Part shown: in pieces, positions 17,656 through 28,779 of the stretch
Layout: each line of letters begins with the position of its first letter
Position numbering within the stretch: the stretch's first letter is position 1
Source of the DNA: Myxococcota bacterium
GTDB taxonomy: Bacteria > Myxococcota_A > UBA9160 > UBA4427
Direction of reading: 5' to 3'
DNA length: 33,281 nt
Assembly (NCBI GenBank): GCA_036336835.1
Contig: JAYZFK010000039.1
Coordinates: 1 to 33,281, forward strand
Position numbers and translations under genes: made by a program
The notes under the pieces: generated by a model
Told to the model about the DNA's origin: nothing
The model's input: only the letters and a program-made list of their open reading frames with translations
The model's database searches: none

Positions 17656-18561
17656 TCAGGCCTTCAGGCCGTCGGCAATGATTCTCATCTCGTCGGCGAT
17701 GCTCGTGGGAACGATGTAGCCGGCCTGCTCGCGGATCGCGTCGAGGTTACTCGCGATGTCCTCGGCGGACACGCTGGCATCGGGACCCGCGTTCCATCCC
17801 TTCGCCAGCCCGACGAACACGCGCGCATAGCGGCCCCCGCCGACGCTGAACAGCTCGTGCGTGAGCTCGCATTGCTCGGAGACCAGGTAGGTCACCAGCG
17901 GCGTCACGCACTCCGGAGCGAGCTTCTCAGCGATCGGGCCGAGGAGATCCTGAGTCAGCCGGGTGTTGGCGACCGGCATGATCGTGTTGGCCAGGATGCC
18001 GCTGCGAGCCCCTTCGACGGCGAGCACGTTCATCAGGCCGACCAGACCCATCTTGGCGGCGCCGTAGTTGCTCTGCCCGAAGTTGCCGAACACGCCGGCG
18101 GCCGAGGCGGTGAACAAGAAGCGGCCGTATCCGTTGCTCTTCATCACGCGGAAAGCCGGTTGCGAGACGTAGAAGGCGCCCTTCAGGTGCACGTCGAGCA
18201 CGGCGCACAGATCGGCGTCCGGGAGCTTCGCGAAGCTCTTGTCACGCAGGATGCCCGCGTTGTTGATCACGATGTCGACCTTGCCGAAGTTGTCGAGCGC
18301 GGTCTGCACGATCGCCTCGCCGCCCGCGGGCGAGGACACCGAGTCGTAGCTCGCGACGGCCGTGCCTCCGGCCTCTTCGATCTCCTTCACGACCTGGTCG
18401 GCGGCGCTGCTCGCGCTGCCGGTTCCGTCGGCGGCACCACCGAGGTCGTTGACGACCAGCCTGGCGCCGCGGCTCGCCAGCTCGAGGGCATAGGTTCGGC
18501 CGAGGCCACCCCCGGCCCCGGTGACGACTGCCACGCGGTGATCGAAACGAATGTCAGTCAT
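17656..18561 (-). CDS. SDR (3R)-hydroxyacyl-CoA dehydrogenase (MFE-2 dehydrogenase-like)
   Basis: VTGAGGGLGR, VVNDLGG, INNAGILRDKSF, GNFGQSNYGAAKMG (YxxxK). Confidence 0.95.
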   Translation of the reverse strand: MTDIRFDHRVAVVTGAGGGLGRTYALELASRGARLVVNDLGGAADGTGSASSAADQVVKEIEEAGGTAVASYDSVSSPAGGEAIVQTALDNFGKVDIVINNAGILRDKSFAKLPDADLCAVLDVHLKGAFYVSQPAFRVMKSNGYGRFLFTASAAGVFGNFGQSNYGAAKMGLVGLMNVLAVEGARSGILANTIMPVANTRLTQDLLGPIAEKLAPECVTPLVTYLVSEQCELTHELFSVGGGRYARVFVGLAKGWNAGPDASVSAEDIASNLDAIREQAGYIVPTSIADEMRIIADGLKA

Positions 18562-18596
18562 TGTCTATCGGGGCTCCCTTGGCTCGAGCGGCGGCG

Positions 18597-18603
18597 TATC
18601 ATA
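18597..18603. promoter_or_regulatory. Overlapping -10 hexamers on both strands (candidate bidirectional promoter for SDR and arsS)
   Basis: Plus strand TATCAT 18597-18602; minus strand TATGAT 18603-18598. Confidence 0.4.
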
Positions 18604-18809
18604 GCGGAGGCGGCCCCGAGCGGAAGCGCCCGCAGCGACGCCAACGTCGCGAGCCGGTGCCCAACGCGAGAGCGGGAAACCGGACCGGGGCCATCCGCGT
18701 ATGGGGCGGACGGCGCGCAGCCGGGATGGGTACAGGCTAGAGGATCGCGGATGCGCTCGACACGGACTTGCGACACCGAATCGGCCGCGCGCGCGCGCGG
18801 CGGCTGTTG

Positions 18810-19787
18810 ATGCAGACGGAAGACGCCCCGGATTTCGCCGCCCACCTGCGCACTCAGGGCCTGCCGGCCCTGCGGCGCGCGCACGTGAGGACGCTCCAGC
18901 TCAACATCGGCAAGCGCTGCAACCTCGCCTGCAACCACTGTCACGTCGAGTCCGGTCCGCAGCGCCAGGAGATGATGGACCGACGCGGCGTCGAGCGGGT
19001 GATCGGGCTGCTCGCCGCCAACCCTGATGTCACCACGCTCGACATCACGGGCGGCGCGCCCGAGCTGAACGAGCACTTTCGCTTCGTGGTGCGCGAAGCC
19101 CGGGCCCTCGGGCGGCGTGTGATCGATCGCTGCAACTTGACGGTCTTCTACGAGCCGGGCCAGCAGGACACGCCCGACTTCCTGGCCGAGCAGGGCGTCG
19201 AGATCGTCGCTTCGCTCCCCTGCTACACGCGCAGCAACGTCGAGGCCCAGCGCGGGCGCGGCGTGTTCGACCTCAGCATCAAGGCGCTGCAATGGCTCAA
19301 CCAGCTGGGCTATGCCAGGGCGGGATCCGAGCTGCGCCTCGATCTCGTCTACAACCCGCCGGGCTCCACCCTGCCCCCCGACCAGCACGCGCTCGAGGCC
19401 GACTATCGCAGCGAGCTGCGCGAGCTGTTCGATATCGAGTTCGATGCACTGCTCACGATCACCAACATGCCGATCCTGCGCTTCGCCCGCGATCTCGAGC
19501 GCAGCGGCCGCAGCGGGCAGTACATGGACCTGCTCGTCGATCACTTCAATCCCGAGACGGTCCCTGGGCTGATGTGCCGCGATCTCGTCTCGATCGGCTA
19601 CGACGGCAGCCTCTACGACTGCGACTTCAATCAGATGCTCGAGCTCGATCTGGCAGGCGGCACGCCGCGAACGATCTGGCAGGTCGAGAATCTCGCCGAG
19701 CTCGAAGGCGACCCGGTCGCGACCGCTTCCCACTGCTTTGGCTGCACCGCGGGGGCCGGCTCGAGCTGTGGCGGATCGCTCGCCTGA
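18810..19787 (+). CDS. arsS: Radical SAM / Cys-rich protein of the arsenosugar biosynthesis ArsS family
   Basis: LQLNIGKRCNLACNHCHV, DITGGAPEL, IDRCNLT, ASLPCY, LVYNP, ITNMPI, LMCR, LYDCDFNQML, HCFGCTAGAGSSCGG. Confidence 0.93.
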   Translation: MQTEDAPDFAAHLRTQGLPALRRAHVRTLQLNIGKRCNLACNHCHVESGPQRQEMMDRRGVERVIGLLAANPDVTTLDITGGAPELNEHFRFVVREARALGRRVIDRCNLTVFYEPGQQDTPDFLAEQGVEIVASLPCYTRSNVEAQRGRGVFDLSIKALQWLNQLGYARAGSELRLDLVYNPPGSTLPPDQHALEADYRSELRELFDIEFDALLTITNMPILRFARDLERSGRSGQYMDLLVDHFNPETVPGLMCRDLVSIGYDGSLYDCDFNQMLELDLAGGTPRTIWQVENLAELEGDPVATASHCFGCTAGAGSSCGGSLA

Positions 19788-19824
19788 GGCGAAACTCGGC
19801 ATCGGACCCGGCATGGAGCAGGCG

Positions 19825-20522
19825 ATGATCCGGTCGTACGGCAAGTGGGCGCTGGGAGTGTTCGGCCTCGTCGCCCTGGTGCTGGCCGGACGCGAGGCCG
19901 CGGGCTCGCTCGACAGCTTCGCGAGCTGGATCGAAGGACTCGGCATCTGGGCGCCGATCGTGTTCATCACCGGCTATGCCGTGGCGGTCGCGTCGCTGCT
20001 TCCGGGGTCGGTGCTGACGATCGCGGGCGGCGCGATCTTCGGCCTGGGCGCCGGCACGGCCTACGCGTTCGGTGCGGCTGTGCTGGGCTCGATCGGCGGC
20101 TTCCTGATCGCGCGCTATCTCGCGCGCGGCTGGGTCGAGCAGCGCATCGAGACCGACGAGCGCTTCCGGGCGATCGATCGCGCGGTGGCCGAGAACGGAC
20201 TCAAGATCACCTTCCTGCTGCGGCTCTCGCCGGCCTTCCCGTTCAGCTTCCTCAACTACGTGCTGGGGCTCACCCGGGTGAGCTTCCGCGACTACCTGCT
20301 CGCCTCGTTCGGCATGCTTCCGGGCACGCTGCTCTACGTCTACTACGGCAAGCTGGCCGGGGACGTCGCCTCCGCGGCGGCGGGCGCACCGCAGGGCAAC
20401 ACGGCGGGCCTGGTGATCAACCTGGTGGGACTGGTCGCCACCATCGCGGTCACCGTCAGCGTGACGCGCATCGCCCGGCGGGCGCTTGCCCAGGCCACCG
20501 AAAGCACCTCCGAGGAGGCACG

Positions 20523-20526
<4 letters not shown>
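19825..20526 (+). CDS. TVP38/TMEM64 (DedA/VTT) family membrane protein
   Basis: LPGSVLTIAGGAIFG, FLIARYLAR, LLRLSPAFPFSFLNYVLGLT, GMLPGT. Start is 19813 or 19825. Confidence 0.93.
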
Positions 20527-22043
<1,517 letters not shown>

Positions 22044-22137
22044 TGCGCCAGCCCTCAGGAGAACGCGCTGGCCTCGCGCGGCCCGATCGGCGACGCTCGG
22101 GGCCCGCGCATTGCCCTCACCCCGCCAAGGAGAGCTC

Positions 22138-22671
22138 GTGTCGCTGCTGAAGCGCTTCCTGGGAGTCGGAGAAGAGAAGACCGCCGCGGATCCCCGCCAC
22201 GGCGAGACGGCCTCGGTGCGCCGGATCAGCGCCAAGCTCGAACGCATGGCTCCCGAGCACGCCCGCTATCTGGCTGCGTTCGCCTACGTGCTGGCGCGGG
22301 TCGCCCACGCGGACCTCGAGATCGACGAGGCCGAGATCGAGGCCATGCGCGAGATCGTCTGCGGGCTCGGCGAGCTGACGCCCGAGCAGGCGGCGGTGGT
22401 GTGCGAGATCGCCTGCGACCAGAGCACGCGGCTCGGCGGCAGCGAGAACTACGTGGTGACGCGCGAGTTCCGCAAGATCGCAACGACCACGCAACGCGCC
22501 AAGCTGCTCGAGTGCCTGTTCGCGGTGGCGGCCTCGGACGGCGAGATCTCCGTGACCGAGAGCCACGAGGTGCTGGCGATCGCCGAGGAGCTCGGCTTCA
22601 CGCGGCCGCAGGCGCTGGGGGTCCGCGCGGGGTTCCGCGAGCACCTCGCCGAGCTGCGTCGCAGCCGCTAG
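22138..22671 (+). CDS. TerB-family (tellurite resistance-like) protein
   Basis: RVAHADLEIDEAE and FAVAASDGEISVTE...IAEELG TerB motifs; AGGAGA RBS before GTG 22138. Confidence 0.88.
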   Translation: MSLLKRFLGVGEEKTAADPRHGETASVRRISAKLERMAPEHARYLAAFAYVLARVAHADLEIDEAEIEAMREIVCGLGELTPEQAAVVCEIACDQSTRLGGSENYVVTREFRKIATTTQRAKLLECLFAVAASDGEISVTESHEVLAIAEELGFTRPQALGVRAGFREHLAELRRSR

Positions 22672-22691
22672 CGGCGGCTGCAAGCCGCGGG

Positions 22692-23387
22692 TCAGCTGCG
22701 GATCAGCAGTAGCGTGCGGGGATCGAGCGAGACGTGGAGCGCCGAGAGGTCGGGGTTCTCGTGGTCCTTCAGCGCGCGCAGCCGCACGGTGTCCGCTTCG
22801 ACGCTCGGCTCGAGCGCGAGGATCACGCTCAGCACGTCCTGAAGCTGCGCGACCGCGCTCGGCACGCTCTCGATCCGCTCGCCCTCGATCGCGACCGAGA
22901 GCCAGACCTCCGCGGCCAGCTCGCTCGCGAGTGCGCGCACGGCGAACAGCTCGCTGCGCCCGAAGTCCGCAAGGTCGACCCCCTCGATCAGGATCAGGCT
23001 CGGCTTCTTTCCGGCTCCGGTCTCGACCGAGACCGCCTCACGCAGCTTGGCGGCCGTGAAGCTACCCAGCGAATAGGCGCGAATACTGCGCCGGCGATCG
23101 ATCTCCTGGTGCGTCTGCGCGACATCGTCGATGTGGGTGGACGCCGCGAGCTCGTCGAAGACCCCGTCGTAGTGGGCGCGGACGTGCGACACCGTCTTGT
23201 CGAGGGCGACGTGGAGCACCGAGCCTCCGCGCAGTCCTTCGTCGAGGGCGACGCCGACCAGGAAGGCGGTCTTGCCGACTCCGGGGCCCGCCAGGACGAC
23301 GCCTATGTTCCCCACCCCCAGACCACCGTGCAGACCCTTCTCGAGCAATCGGAGCGGACTTCGCGCGTTCACGAACTTGCGATACAT
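22692..23387 (-). CDS. RecA/KaiC-like P-loop ATPase of unknown function, directly downstream of fusA
   Basis: GGLGVGNIGVVLAGPGVGKT Walker A, VLHVAL, LILIEG Walker B-like; GAGGGG RBS. Confidence 0.85.
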   Translation of the reverse strand: MYRKFVNARSPLRLLEKGLHGGLGVGNIGVVLAGPGVGKTAFLVGVALDEGLRGGSVLHVALDKTVSHVRAHYDGVFDELAASTHIDDVAQTHQEIDRRRSIRAYSLGSFTAAKLREAVSVETGAGKKPSLILIEGVDLADFGRSELFAVRALASELAAEVWLSVAIEGERIESVPSAVAQLQDVLSVILALEPSVEADTVRLRALKDHENPDLSALHVSLDPRTLLLIRS

Positions 23388-23402
23388 AAGGTCCCCTCGA
23401 TT

Positions 23403-25502
<2,100 letters not shown>

Positions 25503-25725
25503 GGTCGCCTCGCGTGCCCCGCCTCCACGGGGTTCAGTGCGAACGAGCTCGATCGCTGGTAGGAACAGAACTCGCCGTCAGGCCGACGGCGGCTGGGGGC
25601 CGCGCACCGTAGCGACTCCCCCCTGGGAGCGCCACACCGGCAAGACAGCCCTCCATCGGCCTGACCCAGCTCGAAGTTGAATGGTCCGGCGTCTCGACCC
25701 CTGAGCGCCAGGCGTGCCTCGCGGA

Positions 25726-26661
25726 TCAGGCGATCGAGGGAGCGAGTCCCGTGCCCGGGGCGACCCCGGACTCCGCCGCAGCCTGCTTGGGGCCCTCTCC
25801 CACGCGAAGCTTGGCCACCCGCAGGCGCGCGCCGAGCAGGGCGATCTGAGCGGCTCCATCCTGGTAGGCGATCAGGCTGCCCGGCGCGGCGTCCGAGCGG
25901 GCGCCCTCCGGCTCCAGGCGGGCACCGTACAGGCGCACCCGCTCGCCGCCGAGCTCGCCCCAGGCGCCCGGATTCGGGTCGCAGCCGCGCACCAGGCGAT
26001 CGACCGTCTCGGGCGGCGCCGACCAGTCGATGCGCGCGTGCTCGTCTAGCAGCAGCGGCTGGTGGCTCGCGCCCTGCTCGCTCTGCGGCGTGAACACGGC
26101 CGTCCCGTCCGCCACCGCGGCCACCGCCTCGGCCATGGCCTCGACGCCCGCCGGGTAGAGCTTGTCGAAGTAGAGCGAGGCCGCGGTGTCGTGCGGCTCG
26201 ATCGGGATGCCGGTCCGCTGGACCACGATCGGCCCGGTGTCGACGCCCTCGTCGGGCCGAAACACCGTCGCGGCGGTCTCGGTCGCTCCCAGGATGATCT
26301 GCCAGGCGATCGCGCTGCCGCCGCGGTACGCCGGCAGCTTCGAGGGATGGAAGCAGAGCGAGCCGTGCAGCGGCGCCTCGACGATCTCGGACGGCAGAAT
26401 CACCGTCGTAAAGGGCATCACGTTGAGCTCGGCTCCGAAGCCGCGGTGCTCGTCCACCAGCTCAGCAATCGCCTCGCCGCGGCGCCGGAAGCGCCTGGGG
26501 CGACGCAGCGGCCAGCCGCGCTCGCTCGCCAGCTCGGCCAGCGGATCGGTCCGCCGGCCCTCGGCGGGTGCGTAGATGACGACGATCTCGTGCCCCGCGT
26601 CGGCCAGGCCCTCGGTCACGTCCCTGCCGAACTGCGCCTGTCCAAAGATTGCGATCTTCAT
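25726..26661 (-). CDS. 10-formyltetrahydrofolate-dependent formyltransferase/hydrolase (Fmt fold, ALDH1L1 N-domain-like)
   Basis: MKIAIFGQ, GAELNVMPF, FHPSKLPAYRGGSAI, DEGVDTGPI, IDWS, RGCDPNPGAW. Confidence 0.9.
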   Translation of the reverse strand: MKIAIFGQAQFGRDVTEGLADAGHEIVVIYAPAEGRRTDPLAELASERGWPLRRPRRFRRRGEAIAELVDEHRGFGAELNVMPFTTVILPSEIVEAPLHGSLCFHPSKLPAYRGGSAIAWQIILGATETAATVFRPDEGVDTGPIVVQRTGIPIEPHDTAASLYFDKLYPAGVEAMAEAVAAVADGTAVFTPQSEQGASHQPLLLDEHARIDWSAPPETVDRLVRGCDPNPGAWGELGGERVRLYGARLEPEGARSDAAPGSLIAYQDGAAQIALLGARLRVAKLRVGEGPKQAAAESGVAPGTGLAPSIA

Positions 26662-26673
26662 GCCGCCAGACTA

Positions 26674-27348
26674 TCAGCGCTGCACCGTCGAACGGTCGCC
26701 GATCTCGCCGCGCACGCGCGCCGGCACCCCGAAGGCCAGGCTGTGGTCCGGCACCTCGCCGGCCACCAGCGAGTGCGCGCCGATGACGCAGTGCGAGCCG
26801 ATGCGCGAGCCCTTGAGCACGGTCACCCCCGCCCCGACCCAGAAGTAGTCGCCCATCCGGACGGGGGCGCTGCGCTCGGGTCGGTCGGCGTCGAGCGCGT
26901 GCTGGTCGGAGTCGTAAACGCGCGAGCCAGGGCCGATCCAGGCGTGTCGTCCGCAATCGACCGCGACCTTCGACGACAGGCTGCAGCCGTTCAGCCAGCT
27001 GTCGGGGCCAAACGTCATCCGCGCGCCGCGATGGACCACGAGCTGGATCGGCCCCACCTCGGTGCGCAGCCAGGTGCGGGCGCCGATGCGAAGCTCGCCG
27101 CCCTGCTCCACGTGGATCCGCAGCGCGCCCGGCAGCCGCTCGGTCGTCACCCCGTCCTCGATCACCACGCGCGCCCCGGGCTCGAGCTCCCAGCGCGCCA
27201 CCGCAAGATTGCTGCTCGCCCGGGGATGGATCTCGACGCCGGGGTGCGCCCGCTGCCGACGCGTCAGGCCCCGGCGGTCCCAGGCCTGCACTGCGCGCAA
27301 CAGCGCTCGGATGGCAAGAGGAATGGGAAGAGGAGTGGACACGGACAT
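26674..27348 (-). CDS. Left-handed beta-helix (hexapeptide repeat) acyltransferase
   Basis: DSDQH, PVRMGDYFWVGAGVTVLKGSRIGSHCVIGAHSLV, FGVPAR. Confidence 0.9.
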   Translation of the reverse strand: MSVSTPLPIPLAIRALLRAVQAWDRRGLTRRQRAHPGVEIHPRASSNLAVARWELEPGARVVIEDGVTTERLPGALRIHVEQGGELRIGARTWLRTEVGPIQLVVHRGARMTFGPDSWLNGCSLSSKVAVDCGRHAWIGPGSRVYDSDQHALDADRPERSAPVRMGDYFWVGAGVTVLKGSRIGSHCVIGAHSLVAGEVPDHSLAFGVPARVRGEIGDRSTVQR

Positions 27349-27379
27349 GTCGCGCGGCAGCGCGCCCCGCGCAGAGGGC

Positions 27380-27622
27380 TCAGCGTCCGGGGCCCTGCTG
27401 GCCCTCGCGCAGACGGAAGGTGATGAAGCCGTGGCTCGGGTCGTAGGGAGACAGGCCGACCGTCACGCGGTCGCCCGGGATTACGCGGATCCGGAAGCGG
27501 CGCATGCGACCCGAGAGCTGAGCCATGACCGTCTGCCCGCCCTCGAGCTCGACCTGGTACTTCCCCCCGCCGAGGATCTTCTCGACCGTACCATTGGCAG
27601 AGATCAAGTCATCGCGCGCCAA
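27380..27622 (-). CDS. infA: Translation initiation factor IF-1 (divergent copy)
   Basis: GGAGG RBS and TTG start at 27622; LSGRMRRFRIRVIPGDRVTVGLSPYD. Confidence 0.93.
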   Translation of the reverse strand: MARDDLISANGTVEKILGGGKYQVELEGGQTVMAQLSGRMRRFRIRVIPGDRVTVGLSPYDPSHGFITFRLREGQQGPGR

Positions 27623-27747
27623 ACGCACCCTCCGAATTCTGGGCGAGCACCCTAGCACGCGACTGGCGCCACAGCACCGGAAACCGCTGGATGGCAGCGT
27701 GGCTGCGGCGGTACCCTGTCCTGCCCAGCCGCTGGAGGCGACGCCGC

Positions 27748-28131
27748 ATGGAAACCCGGCCCTACTTCATTCTCGGTGATCTGCTGGCCAACGCCGTGGT
27801 CGGCGGCGTGATCGGCGGCCTGGCGGCCGCCGTCTTCGGCCCGGGCTGGAACATGTTGCTGGCGATGGCCGTCGGGATGGCGCTCGGCATGGCGCTCGCC
27901 TTGCCCGCGGCATTCGGCTTCGTGGCGCTGTTCGGCGCCATGGAGGTGATGCTGCCAGTGATGACCACCGGGATGGTCGCCGGGATGGTGGTTGCGATGG
28001 CCGCCGCCGAGCGCGCGATCCCGCTCGGCGCCGGCGCGCTGCTCGGCGTCGAAACGGGGATCGGGGTGCTGATCGCCGTCTACCTCGCCAACGCCTTGAT
28101 CAAGCGGAGGGCACCGAAGTGGACCTCGTAA
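27748..28131 (+). CDS. Small Met-rich integral membrane protein
   Basis: GGAGG RBS and ATG 27748; about four hydrophobic helices with MxxxM ladders. Confidence 0.85.
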   Translation: METRPYFILGDLLANAVVGGVIGGLAAAVFGPGWNMLLAMAVGMALGMALALPAAFGFVALFGAMEVMLPVMTTGMVAGMVVAMAAAERAIPLGAGALLGVETGIGVLIAVYLANALIKRRAPKWTS

Positions 28132-28724
28132 CCAAGGCCAAGTGGGACCGCGCCGCCAAGAATTTCGACGTGATGGCCGGCCGCGGACCCGAGCAGCGCT
28201 GGGAGCCCTACAAGCGCGAGTTCTTCTCGCACATCGGCAGCGGCCGCGTGCTGTTCCTGGCGATCGGCACGGGCCTCGACATCCGCTTCTTCCCGCCGGG
28301 CCGCAAGCTCGTCGGAATCGACATCAGCGACAAGATGCTCGCGATGGCCCACGCCCGGCTCGAGGCCTACGACGGCGAGATCGAAGCCCGCGCCATGGAC
28401 GTCCACGACATGCCGTTCGAGGACGGCGAGTTCGATCAGGTCTTCACCTCGTGCACCTTCTGCTCGGTGCCCGATCCCGTGAACGGCCTGCAGGCGCTGC
28501 ACCGTGTGCTCAAGCCGGGCGGCGAGCTGCGCATGTTCGAGCACACCGGCTCGCACTACTACCCCTTCCGTTGGATGATGAACCTGATGACGCCGCTCTC
28601 GCGCCGTGTCGGCCCCGAGATGAACCGCGACACCGTCGCCAACGTCCAGGCGGCCGGCTTCACGATGCGAGAGGTGAAGCACGTCTTCCTCGACGTGGTG
28701 AAGACAATTCACGCGACGGCCTGA
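28119..28724 (+). CDS. Class I SAM-dependent methyltransferase
   Basis: VLFLAIGTGLD, GIDISDKML, FDQV, FCSVPDP, RVLKPGG; 13-nt overlap with the upstream gene. Confidence 0.93.
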   Translation: MDLVTKAKWDRAAKNFDVMAGRGPEQRWEPYKREFFSHIGSGRVLFLAIGTGLDIRFFPPGRKLVGIDISDKMLAMAHARLEAYDGEIEARAMDVHDMPFEDGEFDQVFTSCTFCSVPDPVNGLQALHRVLKPGGELRMFEHTGSHYYPFRWMMNLMTPLSRRVGPEMNRDTVANVQAAGFTMREVKHVFLDVVKTIHATA

Positions 28725-28779
28725 CGGGTGCTGCGGATCGGGCCCTGCGGATCGATCGGATTCAGCGGCAGCGGCGGGC

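Noticed and set aside
18612..18693. tRNA-like element with a 7-bp closing stem
   Set aside because: No TTC T-loop, D-loop or 7-nt anticodon loop. It also does not fully match SAM-I or cobalamin riboswitch consensus, so it is kept only as an unclassified candidate structure.
18810..19787. Selenocysteine in ArsS
   Set aside because: No in-frame TGA; the C-terminal GSSCGG uses a Cys codon and the stop follows the normal family end.
28119..28724. Methyltransferase as the missing ArsM
   Set aside because: It is short, lies about 8 kb from arsS in another operon, and lacks the ArsM Cys pattern as far as I can judge.
28731..28754. CTGCGGATCG direct repeat between convergent genes
   Set aside because: Only two 10-bp copies in GC-rich DNA, with no supporting context.
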